Part shown: positions 40,301 through 49,186 of the stretch, piece by piece
Position numbering within the stretch: position 1 is the first letter of the stretch
Layout of the letters: the number at the start of each line of letters is the position of its first letter
Source of the DNA: a virus
DNA length: 64,000 nucleotides
Virus record (IMG/VR): IMGVR_UViG_3300006793_000015
Span: 50,470-114,469 of that record
Direction: 5' to 3' (one strand)
The notes under the pieces: model-generated
Told to the model about the DNA's origin: nothing
Database searches by the model: none
The model's input: only the letters and a program-made list of their open reading frames with translations
Program-made: the position numbers and the translations under genes

Positions 40301-42010
40301 ATCGTAGGTGATGGTTCTAACTGGGTAGCAGAAACAGGAGCAACAGCACGAACATCACTAGGTTTAACCATTGGTACAGATGTACAAGCATATGACGCAG
40401 AACTAGCCGCTATCGCAGGTCTAACTTCAGCAGCCGATAAAGGTATCCAGTTTACTGGTTCCGGAACAGCCGCAGTATATGACCTAACAGCAGCCGGTAA
40501 AGCACTTCTAGATGACGCTAATGCCGCCGCTCAGTTGGTAACATTAGGTTTGACAGCAACTGCCGCCGAAATTAACGTACTAGATGATATCACATCAACA
40601 ACAGCAGAACTAAACATTGTTGACGGTGATACAGCTGCAACATCAACAACATTAGCAGACGCAGATCGTGTAGTTGTTAACGACAACGGTACAATGGTTC
40701 AAGTAGCATTAACAGATTTCGAGACATACTTCGAAACAGCACTTGATACATTGAACAACGTTACATCAGCAAGTTCACTAGCAACTGTAGGTACAATTAC
40801 TTCAGGTACATGGAATGCTGACGTTATTGGCGTACAGTACGGTGGTACAGGTGCCGCAACTTTAACATCCAACAGCCTACTAACAGGTAATGGTACATCA
40901 GCAGTACAAGCAGAAGCAAACATCACATATGATGGCACAACATTCGGTGTTGATGACGCCGCAGTCTTTAACGAGAGTGCAGGTGACAACGACTTCCGTA
41001 TTGAATCTGTAAACAGTGCTAATATGTTTTATGTTGATGCAAGTGTAGACTCAGTTGGTTTATTAACCGCAACACCTAACGCAGGTACAGTACTTGACAT
41101 GAGTGCTTCAACAGAATCATTCTTGTTACCAAAAGGTACAACAGTACAGCGTCCAGGTTCACCAGTAGCAGGTATGATGCGTTATCACTCAGATGACAAC
41201 GTATTTGAATTCTACAATGGTACAGAGTGGAAACAAACAACAACAGAGTTCACAATTGTACAAAGTGAAACATACACAGGTGATGGTAGCACAACTGCAT
41301 TCACAGGCTTAAACGCTGATCTAACAACTAATAGTTGTTTAGTAACTGTAAACGGTGTTGTACAATTACCAACAGCCGCTTACGCTATTTCAGGAACAAC
41401 AATTACATTTACAGAGGCACCAGCCACTGGCGATGCAATTGAAATTCGTGAATTTACTACAACACAAACTATTACACGTTTAGAAGATGCTGACGGTGAC
41501 ACCAAGATCCAAGTAGAAGAGTCTTCAGACGAGGACGTAATCCGCTTTGACGTAGCAGGAAGCCAAATTGCTTATATGGATGGAACTGGTTTGGTTCTTT
41601 CATCAGGCACTTTCCAAGGTACAGCAACATCAGCACAATATGCTGACTTGGCAGAACGTTACACAAGTGACACAATCTATGAGCCAGGTACTGTTGTTTC
41701 CTTCGGCGGCGACGCAGAAGTAACAATGTCTACTGAGTCCATGGATTCACGTATTGCAGGTGTAGTATCCACAAACCCAGGTTTCTTAATGAACGACGGT
41801 CTAGAGGGTACAAACGTAGCAGTAGCACTAACAGGTCGTGTACCTGTTAAGGTAACAGGCACAATCCGTAAAGGTGACATGCTAGTTTCCGCAGGCGAAG
41901 GTTACGCAAAAGCAGAAGCAAATCCACGTTTAGGATCAGTAATTGGTAAAGCACTTGAAGACTTTAACGGTGTTTCAGGTATTATCGAGGTAGTTGTAGG
42001 TAGACTATAA
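37316..42010 (+). CDS. Long tail fibre-like protein with internal repeats and a C-terminal intramolecular chaperone/autocleavage domain
   Basis: 1564 aa; VQAWDAQLDDIAAL repeats; C-terminal QYADLAERY...GTVV...AGVVST.PG..MN...VALTGRVPVKV.G...KGD.LV...GKAL resembles peptidase-G2/IMC chaperone domains. Confidence 0.8.
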   Translation: MALTRIDTDQLSDGAVTNVKIAADAAIVGSKLADDLTYGSNLTVSGNLTVNGTTTTVDTTNMSIEDPLLVFSANATGSATADAGFVVERGDDANVGFIWDESADEFVAITTTETGGTAGNVTVSAYADIQVADITAVNIAGTLSTATQNSVTTMTGLTTTGTIGTGTWEATDVGVSHGGTGSSTASGARTNLGVAIGSDVQAWDAQLDDIAALAVTDGNIIVGDGSNWVAESGATARTSLGVAIGSNVQAWDAQLDDIAALTPTDSNIIVGDGTNWVAETGATARTSLGVAIGTDVQAYDAELAAIAGLTSAADKGIQFTGSGTAATYDLTAAGKALLDDANAAAQLVTLGLTATAAELNTLDDIASTTAELNIVDGDTAATSTTLADADRVVVNDGGTMVQVALTDFEVYFESALDTLNNVTSASSLATVGTITSGTWNGTSIADAYVDNDLTISGGTVNSSVIGGVTPAAGTFTTLTANDQLVVAAGATITGDTTDEITLAVKGVGSQTANLITVEISDGTDKFTIAADGSVVIAQDLTLASGATVTAILDEDNMASDSATSLATQQSIKAYVDDQVGASALDIAGDSGTDTVTVGTDTLTFDGGANITSVATDNQISYALDADVTGLTSLVVDDLTLDGSSITNGSGNITLSANGGAGDVIITGDLTVNGTTTTVNSTVTTLDDPIMTLGGDTAGLDDDKDRGVEFKWHNGVTAKVGFFGYDDSASKFTFIPDATITSEVAAGTAGDVIFGSIEGTIATATQNSITTMTGLTTTGTIGTGVWEATDVGVAHGGTGASNASDARDNLGLTIGTNVQAWDAQLDDIAALAVTDGNIIVGDGTKWVAESGATARASLGVTIGTNVQAWDAQLDDIAALAVTDGNIIVGDGTNWVAESGATARTSLGVAIGSDVQAYDAELAAIAGLTSAADKGIQFTGSGTAATYDLTSAGKALLDDANAAAQRTTMGVAIGSDVQAWDAQLDDIAALTPTDSNIIVGDGSNWVAETGATARTSLGLTIGTDVQAYDAELAAIAGLTSAADKGIQFTGSGTAAVYDLTAAGKALLDDANAAAQLVTLGLTATAAEINVLDDITSTTAELNIVDGDTAATSTTLADADRVVVNDNGTMVQVALTDFETYFETALDTLNNVTSASSLATVGTITSGTWNADVIGVQYGGTGAATLTSNSLLTGNGTSAVQAEANITYDGTTFGVDDAAVFNESAGDNDFRIESVNSANMFYVDASVDSVGLLTATPNAGTVLDMSASTESFLLPKGTTVQRPGSPVAGMMRYHSDDNVFEFYNGTEWKQTTTEFTIVQSETYTGDGSTTAFTGLNADLTTNSCLVTVNGVVQLPTAAYAISGTTITFTEAPATGDAIEIREFTTTQTITRLEDADGDTKIQVEESSDEDVIRFDVAGSQIAYMDGTGLVLSSGTFQGTATSAQYADLAERYTSDTIYEPGTVVSFGGDAEVTMSTESMDSRIAGVVSTNPGFLMNDGLEGTNVAVALTGRVPVKVTGTIRKGDMLVSAGEGYAKAEANPRLGSVIGKALEDFNGVSGIIEVVVGRL
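37740..40820 (+). repeat. Nested coding repeats in the fibre: 48-aa unit A x5 and 62-aa unit B x3, in two blocks (AAB; AABAB)
   Basis: Read directly from the translation; the flanking TATQNS... and LNNVTSASSLATVGTITSGTWN segments are also duplicated; boundaries approximate. Confidence 0.9.
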
Positions 42011-42052
42011 GTTGTTATATTAATAAGTTTAACTTACATTATTAAGTTGTAC

Positions 42053-42085
42053 AGTGAGGGGGACGAAAGTCCCCCTTACTTTTCT
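42053..42085 (+). terminator. Intrinsic terminator after the fibre gene
   Basis: AGTGAGGGGGAC-GAAA-GTCCCCCTTACT then TTTC. Confidence 0.85.
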
Positions 42086-42123
42086 TATTAAAATAAATAC
42101 AGTATACACAGGAGGCTTATGCT

Positions 42124-42879
42124 TTGGCAAAGATAGAAATCGCACGTTATTTAGAAGATTATGATGGTGAATATGTTGTGTCTGGTATTGTTGTAAAAAA
42201 TGGTAGACGACACCAAGATAGATATTGGATTCCAAATATGATATCGAACAGTGATCATAAAAAACATGCGTTTGTTGTCGGCAATGGTGTTTCCCGCACG
42301 TCAATGAGTACGTTTAGATTAAGTTTTCTTACCAATTCCGGCGGCGGCCATTTAGGAAAACACAAAGCACAATGTTATGGATGTAATGCTGTATATAGAG
42401 ATTGGAACCCTGATTTTTTAGTATGTACAAATGATAAAATGGTCGACGATATTGTTGAAGAAGGTTACGCAGAAAATAATGTAGTTTTTGGAAGAGCAAC
42501 CTCTTTATTAAAGTATCCAGAATATGTATCTCTTATTCCGCATGATCCGAGAATGAACTGCGGCGCAACAGCAACATATCTCGCTTGTTTTCACGGACAT
42601 ACAACAATTTATCTATTAGGGTTTGATAATCAACCAAACTCAAAATCCACAAATAATAACGTATACGCAGGATCAAAACATTATGCTCCAGTTACTGAAA
42701 ATTCTGGAGATGAAGTTTGGCGCAATAACATGTCAAAAGTGTTTAACACTTATAAAGATGTAGAGTTTATTAGAGTAACTACAGAAGGCATGGAAGGTGA
42801 AATGCCAGACGAGTGGAAATGGCACAGAAATTTAAGACAAATTAGTTTAAAAAAGTTTTTTATCGAAGCAGATATTTAA
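42124..42879 (+). CDS. DUF115/Maf/sialyltransferase-fold-like protein
   Basis: VVGNGVSR, YGCNAVY, NCGATATYLA, IYLLGFD motifs; TTG start after AGGAGG. Confidence 0.5.
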   Translation: MAKIEIARYLEDYDGEYVVSGIVVKNGRRHQDRYWIPNMISNSDHKKHAFVVGNGVSRTSMSTFRLSFLTNSGGGHLGKHKAQCYGCNAVYRDWNPDFLVCTNDKMVDDIVEEGYAENNVVFGRATSLLKYPEYVSLIPHDPRMNCGATATYLACFHGHTTIYLLGFDNQPNSKSTNNNVYAGSKHYAPVTENSGDEVWRNNMSKVFNTYKDVEFIRVTTEGMEGEMPDEWKWHRNLRQISLKKFFIEADI

Positions 42880-43298
42880 ATTGTATCTACTATTACTTTA
42901 ATTTTATCTTTTATAGAATCTAATTTTAGTGTTGAAAAAACACCAGGGTGTAATGGAGCAGGCCATCCTTCCATCGATACCCAAGCATACCCACAATGTT
43001 CGCTATTAAGATTTGGCATAAATTCTTTTTCGATGATTAATATAAACGTATGATAACAAAAATTACCGTCGTCAGAAGTAAATAATTCTATAGGAATAGT
43101 TTTTTCTATGTCTATTTGTATTCCTAATTCTTCGTTTATTTCTCTTTCCAAACCGCCAATAATAGTTTCGTTTGATTCTATTTTACCGCCAGGAAATCCC
43201 CATTTGTTTTTATACTTTGTATCATCTCTTAGTAAAAATAGGAAACGCTTTGTACTGCGGCAATAGAAAATACCACCAGCACCAATAACTTTTTTCAT
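42876..43298 (-). CDS. NUDIX hydrolase
   Basis: Nudix box GGKIESNETIIGGLEREINEELG. Confidence 0.9.
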   Translation of the reverse strand: MKKVIGAGGIFYCRSTKRFLFLLRDDTKYKNKWGFPGGKIESNETIIGGLEREINEELGIQIDIEKTIPIELFTSDDGNFCYHTFILIIEKEFMPNLNSEHCGYAWVSMEGWPAPLHPGVFSTLKLDSIKDKIKVIVDTI

Positions 43299-43320
43299 AG
43301 TAATACTTATTGGATAGAAG

Positions 43321-44781
43321 TTATGGTAATAATAAAATGGACCATAAGCCAGCAGTGTACTCGCCTTCGTATGATTTAATCCACTCTCCAGTATTCGTTG
43401 GCATGTCTTCGTTTATAGCGCCAGTCCACTTATATTGAATTCCTGTTTTTGTATTAGATACATAATGAATTCCATTATTAGCACTAGCATCAAAGTCAAC
43501 AGACCAATCAGTTCCGTCATATTGAATAATATCAAACTTATTTGCTACTAAACCAACACCTGCAGGTCCTTTCCAACCATCAGCGCCGTCTGTGTTATCC
43601 GCATCACCGATATCTTCTAATATTAGATAACGCTGGCCAGTAGTTGCAGCTGGTAATCCAGCACCTGGTACATTTTTAAGAGGGTTAATAATTGCGTTAA
43701 TAGCCGTTTGCGTGTTTGCTGGTATAGTATCCGCATCTACAGTAAAGTTTAATACATAATCATCATCCGGATCGTATTCTACTGTACCAACAATCTCTGA
43801 GAAGTCATCAACACCGCCTGTTGTGTTTTGGAAGTTAGTTAATAGTTTTACCTGGCTAATGCCTTCTTTAAGATCACCAAATTGTGCAATAACTTTTTTC
43901 CATGGAATATCCACACCATATTTTACAGGAACATGATCAAACGTAACATCCTCTTTTGTATCACCACTAATAGGTTCACCAACACTTAATGCTTTTAGTT
44001 CGCCGTTTAGTAACAATACACCATAATTTAGCGGCGTAAAGTATTGTCTACTACCCATTAGTTTTGTTTCATCAAGGACACTATCTGCTAAGTTACCACT
44101 GCCATCGAATATACCCATAACAACTTTGGAAATAACACCAAGTCGTTTAATAATAGCAGGTGGATTAACCCAAACAGGAATCTCAAAAGTTAGTGTAGCA
44201 ATATCAATTTGATCTTCAGTTCCTACTGGAACTGTTCTATTACTAAATGAGATGTCAGTTAACTCTACGTATGAAATAGAAGTCCAATCAACATAGTTGT
44301 CTGTTGTTTGAATTTCTAAACTTGGATTAAACATGTAAAATAATTGCTCAGTAAGTTGTAACTTTTGTTCCATATTACTGGTCCATATATCGGCATTTAC
44401 TGTTAGTTTATACGGACTTGGCATACTTCTCTCAATAGTATAACTATCTCCAGGACCGGCTGTATACGTTCCTGTGTCTTTATCGTAAAAGCGTTCTTTA
44501 ATATGAACTTTGTCTACATGAGATGGAGACATAACTCGGTCACGGTCATATTGTACGCCTGTAATATAGCATGATACTCGTGGAACTGTATTAAGAGCGT
44601 TCTCACTATTTTTACGAACAATACTTGCTACCTGACGGGAAATATCACCGTAAGTTACTGGAACTCTTATTAACGCAGAGTTACCATCTGAATCTTTTCC
44701 AGTTTCAACATAAAAGTGAGATAAGAGACGAATAAATTGAGCCATATATCGTCTTATCTGACCGTCGTAATAGAAATCCAT
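43321..44781 (-). CDS. gp15: Tail terminator/sheath stabiliser, gp15-like (extended)
   Basis: MDFYYDGQIRRY..QF, RVPVTYG, MPSPYKL....DIWT....QKLQL.EQ....FNP; follows the gp14-like gene. Confidence 0.75.
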   Translation of the reverse strand: MDFYYDGQIRRYMAQFIRLLSHFYVETGKDSDGNSALIRVPVTYGDISRQVASIVRKNSENALNTVPRVSCYITGVQYDRDRVMSPSHVDKVHIKERFYDKDTGTYTAGPGDSYTIERSMPSPYKLTVNADIWTSNMEQKLQLTEQLFYMFNPSLEIQTTDNYVDWTSISYVELTDISFSNRTVPVGTEDQIDIATLTFEIPVWVNPPAIIKRLGVISKVVMGIFDGSGNLADSVLDETKLMGSRQYFTPLNYGVLLLNGELKALSVGEPISGDTKEDVTFDHVPVKYGVDIPWKKVIAQFGDLKEGISQVKLLTNFQNTTGGVDDFSEIVGTVEYDPDDDYVLNFTVDADTIPANTQTAINAIINPLKNVPGAGLPAATTGQRYLILEDIGDADNTDGADGWKGPAGVGLVANKFDIIQYDGTDWSVDFDASANNGIHYVSNTKTGIQYKWTGAINEDMPTNTGEWIKSYEGEYTAGLWSILLLP

Positions 44782-45983
44782 TATTCTTCATCCTCTCTTG
44801 CACGTAGTACATTAGATAAACTTTGTTTTGAATCAAGTTTTGTTCCATCAGCTAATGTAATAGAAGTTTTGTCATTGAAGTTTTTAGTTTTATAAGTGTA
44901 GCGGTCTGTATAATTAGTAATCTGCATACGCACATTATCTTCAACATATACCCACTTCTTGCCGTTAAAAATATACAGTCTATTGGGCATGTAATCCACT
45001 CGCAATACGTATTCTCCCTTTACAGGAGTAGCAGGGAAACTTGTTAGTGTTAATACCGGCGCACCGTTTGGAGGTATACCATCGCCAGACAAATAGTGAT
45101 CAATTTTCTCAACAGGCATTCCGTAAAATACATCAGCACTTTCTTTTCCGGCATCAGTTGTTACTTCGCCCTCGTCTGCGGTTACTAGTAAAATGGATCC
45201 GTCTTCTTCAGCAGGAGCAATCCAAAAACGTGTTGTGTCATAACCACTTCTTCCATCAACTACATCTTGTACGTAAGGTGCCATTGCTTCTGCTTGCTGT
45301 ACTATGGCATCGTTAATTTCTAAATTCTTACTGTAATCACTAAGCAGGCTTTTTAGTGTATCATCTGTTCCGTCTACTCCCGCTGTAATGTCACCAATAA
45401 TATCTCTATATTCTTGTGCATCAACTAGTGGTGTACATTTTACACGCCATAAGTGCGGATACCATGTTTGACTGAAGCCTTCAGACGCTCTACTACCGTC
45501 TTGGATTACGTAATATCTTTTTAAACTTTCATAAACTTTATCTGTTTCGCCGTCCTCTAAAGCATAGTCATCCTTTAAGTGTGGCAACTCAATAACATCA
45601 CCACTGATTAACTTTCTGCCCAAAATATCAACCATATCATTTAAATGGAAAGTAATGAATATAGTATCGTTTTGTAGGAACAAACCAAACTGTGACAAAT
45701 CAAAATCAATATCTTGTACGTTGTAAATGCCTTTCATAAAACTAACATCTTTTTCGTACTTACGATCTCTGTTTTCCATGAATAACAGATCTTGTATGTT
45801 AGATACAGATTGGTTTTCATATAATGGCTGATCAGCCTTTTTTGTATCGCCTTGATTTACGGGACCTAAATATTTGTGAATATTAATCCCAGTTCCACCT
45901 ATAACGAACATTTCACGAACTCTGTTGTCCATAAACTTAAAATCGTTACCTTTAGTTGGCTTCCACAGTGATAATCTTGGCAT
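44781..45983 (-). CDS. gp14: Neck/head-closure protein, gp14-like
   Basis: DLLFMENRDRKY, LSQFGLFLQND.IFITFH, GDVIELPH; synteny with gp15/gp13. Confidence 0.7.
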   Translation of the reverse strand: MPRLSLWKPTKGNDFKFMDNRVREMFVIGGTGINIHKYLGPVNQGDTKKADQPLYENQSVSNIQDLLFMENRDRKYEKDVSFMKGIYNVQDIDFDLSQFGLFLQNDTIFITFHLNDMVDILGRKLISGDVIELPHLKDDYALEDGETDKVYESLKRYYVIQDGSRASEGFSQTWYPHLWRVKCTPLVDAQEYRDIIGDITAGVDGTDDTLKSLLSDYSKNLEINDAIVQQAEAMAPYVQDVVDGRSGYDTTRFWIAPAEEDGSILLVTADEGEVTTDAGKESADVFYGMPVEKIDHYLSGDGIPPNGAPVLTLTSFPATPVKGEYVLRVDYMPNRLYIFNGKKWVYVEDNVRMQITNYTDRYTYKTKNFNDKTSITLADGTKLDSKQSLSNVLRAREDEE

Positions 45984-46028
45984 TTTTTAAAAACTCTTAT
46001 TAATCAAACACTTATGTAGTGTATTTTA

Positions 46029-46057
46029 TTGACTTTTTTCGGATTTGTCTATATAAT
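46029..46057 (+). promoter_or_regulatory. Sigma70-type promoter
   Basis: TTGACT-17 nt-TATAAT upstream of ORF 46097. Confidence 0.7.
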
Positions 46058-46096
46058 ACTATTTAGTGGTATAAATTCATAATATGGAGTAAAACA

Positions 46097-47320
46097 TTGG
46101 CCACCAAAAAGAAAGCTAAACGAGTATCGAAAAAGAATGATGGCGCATTTGGCGAACCATCATGGGAAGAGTATATTGATCGCTATACTGACGAAGAGTT
46201 AATGGACTTGGATGGTGATGAAAAAATACAAATAAATCTTAAAATCACGCAAGCATTAAACTTCTACAATTATCATTACACCTCTAAGGACAGTAAGCAA
46301 CCCCTTATTGAGTGGATGAAGAAGCAAAAGATTGTAGACACAGATGCGATTAGTGCTATTAAGAATGCCAGTGATTGGCAAATTGGTATTACAGCAGGCT
46401 CAGTATCGCGTATGCTACTCAAAGGTGCGCCTCCAATGGATAATTTGGTTCACAGTCTTAAAAAGCGAATTAAAGACATTGTAGAATCTGTGCCTACAGA
46501 GTGGGGTAAAGAGGATAAACCAAAGGAAAAGCCAAAAGCGGCTCAAGTTATCTCTATTCAAGATCGTATGGTAGAAAAAGCAAATAACTTTGCTGGCGAA
46601 TATATTGAGGGTGCGATTGACGATATGATTGCTAACGGCTTTAAGACTGATTTTAGTCTTGCTAAATTATTAAACGCACATAGCATATCCGGAAAAGCGG
46701 CCGGTCTTATTTCGAGAATGTATGATAGCGACATAGAGGATTTAACAAAAGTTATTAACGGTGTTGATAAAGACGATGAGGATGAAGCACAATTACTGGA
46801 AGGCTATCCTTATAAGAAATCAGAGTTAAAGAAGTTACTTGCTTTTTACTCTGCTGTTGTTGCAGACGCCGAGCATCATGCTAATATACAAAAAGCAACT
46901 CGTAAGGTGCGTAAGAAGAAAGCACCAAGCAAAGAGAAGTTAATTAGTAAGATCAAATACAAACTACAGGATGAGAAACTAAAACTAGTTTCCATAGATC
47001 CAAAAGACATTCTCGGTGCTAACGAACTATGGATTTACAATACAAAGAATCGCAAAATTGGCAAGTATTTTGCCTCTAATATTGATCCTAAGGGAATGGG
47101 TAGAGATGGTACAGGACTAAGCATTAAAGGTACTACCATCACGGGCTTTGATGAAAAGTTGAGCATACAAAAGACATTGCGTAAGCCAGAGGACTCACTT
47201 AAAGCATTTAAGAGCGCCGGTAAGGTTGCCTTACGTAAATTCTTAGATGAATTAACTACTACTGACACTAAACTTACTGGGAGGCTAAACTCTGATACTA
47301 TATTACTTAAGGTAATCTAA
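46097..47320 (+). CDS. Lys-rich hypothetical protein, probably early-expressed
   Basis: 407 aa, TTG start with GGAG SD; C-terminal LWIYNTKNRK...GLSIKGTT...KTLRKP...GRLN domain; function not recognised. Confidence 0.7.
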   Translation: MATKKKAKRVSKKNDGAFGEPSWEEYIDRYTDEELMDLDGDEKIQINLKITQALNFYNYHYTSKDSKQPLIEWMKKQKIVDTDAISAIKNASDWQIGITAGSVSRMLLKGAPPMDNLVHSLKKRIKDIVESVPTEWGKEDKPKEKPKAAQVISIQDRMVEKANNFAGEYIEGAIDDMIANGFKTDFSLAKLLNAHSISGKAAGLISRMYDSDIEDLTKVINGVDKDDEDEAQLLEGYPYKKSELKKLLAFYSAVVADAEHHANIQKATRKVRKKKAPSKEKLISKIKYKLQDEKLKLVSIDPKDILGANELWIYNTKNRKIGKYFASNIDPKGMGRDGTGLSIKGTTITGFDEKLSIQKTLRKPEDSLKAFKSAGKVALRKFLDELTTTDTKLTGRLNSDTILLKVI

Positions 47321-47331
47321 TAAATATATGT

Positions 47332-48093
47332 ATGGCAACAAAAGAATTAACCAAGTTAAAAAATGCATTATTTACAAATGTTAAATTACGTTTAGGTGAA
47401 AGAATCGTCGATGTTGAATTAGATAACGAGCATTTAGAAGTAGCATTAGATAATGCTGTAAATAGATATAGACAAATGAGTGCTAACAGTGTTGAGGAGT
47501 CATATGGCTTTTTAACGTTAGAAAAAAATAAGCAAGATTATTATTTAGACGCTAATATTTTAGAAGTTAGACAAATATTTAGAAGAACAATTGGTAGCAC
47601 GAGTGGCGAAGGAGCATCAAACTTTGAACCGTTTGAAGCAGGGTATATGAATATGTATATGCTACAAGCAGGCAGAGTAGGTGGTTTAGCAACATATGAA
47701 CTATTTTCTGGTTATCAAGAAATGGCGGCAAGAATGTTTGGTGGTTTTATAAACTATACTTGGGATTCAGTTACTAAAAAACTTACAATTATTCGCAAGA
47801 TTGATGGTGAAAGCGAAAGTGTATTACTATGGTTATATAACCAAAAACCAATTGAAAATTTAATCCAGCACCACATGACAAAAAAATGGGTAGAGGATTA
47901 CACACTTGCTATGTGTAAACAAATACTTGGTGAAGCACGTTCCAAGTTTGCTACACTTGCGGGCCCACAGGGCGGTACTACCATGAACGGTAGTGAGTTA
48001 AAAGCAGAAGGACAGCAAGAAATGGCTGACCTAACAACACAATTACAAAACTTTGAAGATGGCGGCACACCGCTATCATTTGTTATTGGTTAA
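47332..48093 (+). CDS. gp13: Neck protein, gp13-like
   Basis: LRLGERIVDVEL, WVEDYTLAMCKQILGEARSKF..L.GP.GG.TMNG. Confidence 0.85.
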   Translation: MATKELTKLKNALFTNVKLRLGERIVDVELDNEHLEVALDNAVNRYRQMSANSVEESYGFLTLEKNKQDYYLDANILEVRQIFRRTIGSTSGEGASNFEPFEAGYMNMYMLQAGRVGGLATYELFSGYQEMAARMFGGFINYTWDSVTKKLTIIRKIDGESESVLLWLYNQKPIENLIQHHMTKKWVEDYTLAMCKQILGEARSKFATLAGPQGGTTMNGSELKAEGQQEMADLTTQLQNFEDGGTPLSFVIG

Positions 48094-48116
48094 TATTACA
48101 CACAGGAGAGACACAG

Positions 48117-48191
48117 ATGGACACTGTGATATTTGTCACGGTAATGGCCGTTATTTATGCGGCTATAGTTTACATACATTTTCATAACTAA
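48117..48191 (+). CDS. 24-aa hydrophobic (single transmembrane) peptide
   Basis: AGGAG SD; MDTVIFVTVMAVIYAAIVYIHFHN; fills the gap between gp13 and the kinase. Confidence 0.45.
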   Translation: MDTVIFVTVMAVIYAAIVYIHFHN

Positions 48192-48202
48192 AAGTTAAAA
48201 AT

Positions 48203-48847
48203 ATGATCATTGGTTTAGTTGGGTTCAAAGGCTGTGGCAAGGACACAGTCGCAAATTATCTTATTCAAAATAGTAGTCAAAATTGGACTAGGGAAAGTTT
48301 TGCTAGTTCACTAAAAGACTCACTTGCATCTGTATTTCAATGGAATCGCGCATTGCTAGAAGGCGATACAGAGGAAAGCAGAGAATGGCGTGAAACAGTA
48401 GATGAATGGTGGGCAAATAAATTAGACATGCCCGACTTTACTCCACGCATTGCTTTACAAAGATGTGGCACAGACTTATGGCGAAGGCAGTTTCATGACG
48501 ATATATGGTTGTTAAGTTTAGAAAAGAAACTAACCACTGCTAAACACAACGTTATTATTACAGATACACGCTTTCCTAATGAGATTAAATTAATTAGAGA
48601 GTTAAACGGCAAAATAGTATGTGTAAAACGCGGACAACAACCAGAATGGTGGAATACAGCAGTTGCGGACAATGCGGAACGCGAAGATCCGATGCACGAA
48701 CTAATGATGCCAACAGTTTATCCAAATGTTCATGCTTCGGAATATTCATGGGTAGGTTGTGACGTAGACTATACTATTGAAAACTACAGTGATATCAGTA
48801 CGCTGGAAAAATCAGTTATATCATTGCTGTTAAAAATCGGGAATTAA
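48203..48847 (+). CDS. gp1: Deoxynucleoside monophosphate kinase, gp1-like
   Basis: P-loop GFKGCGKDT, SFA.SLKD, TPR..LQ..GT, DTRFPNE, H.SE. Confidence 0.88.
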   Translation: MIIGLVGFKGCGKDTVANYLIQNSSQNWTRESFASSLKDSLASVFQWNRALLEGDTEESREWRETVDEWWANKLDMPDFTPRIALQRCGTDLWRRQFHDDIWLLSLEKKLTTAKHNVIITDTRFPNEIKLIRELNGKIVCVKRGQQPEWWNTAVADNAEREDPMHELMMPTVYPNVHASEYSWVGCDVDYTIENYSDISTLEKSVISLLLKIGN

Positions 48848-49186
48848 ATCGCCCTGTTTCCATCCTTTTCCAGTAGCGTATAGTAATCTGTGACAATTGG
48901 CGCAGACTGTTTTTAAATTCTTCCAATTATTATTCTTTCTATTACTATCCAAGTGGTAAACATCAAGTTGAATACTGTGGTCCGCTACAAAGCCACATTT
49001 CTCGCATGACTTTTTCTTAGTGTAGCCACTTTGCTTCCAGTTTGTTTTGGGTGTGGTTCGAAGCTTCTTTGCTTTACGATTACATTTATCACATTGTGAT
49101 CTATAATGTGGCCTACCTTCTTTATAATAATTTATTGCAACTGGTCGCATACCACAACGACACAGCGGTCGTTCGCTATGTTTCAT
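48830..49186 (-). CDS. HNH endonuclease with zinc-finger motifs
   Basis: CEKCGF...LDVYHLDSNRKNN...NL..VCANCHR; N-terminal CRC/CDKC. Confidence 0.75.
   Translation of the reverse strand: MKHSERPLCRCGMRPVAINYYKEGRPHYRSQCDKCNRKAKKLRTTPKTNWKQSGYTKKKSCEKCGFVADHSIQLDVYHLDSNRKNNNWKNLKTVCANCHRLLYATGKGWKQGDLIPDF

Noticed and set aside
39484-40371. 295-aa antisense ORF and the many other short opposite-strand ORFs in the track
   Set aside because: They shadow real genes with biased codon use and repeats, and show no SD, promoter or recognisable motifs.
37740-40820. Fibre repeats as a DGR template/variable pair or a CRISPR-like array
   Set aside because: The repeats are in-frame coding units, differences are mainly synonymous and not adenine-specific, there are no unique spacers, and no reverse transcriptase or cas gene is in the window.
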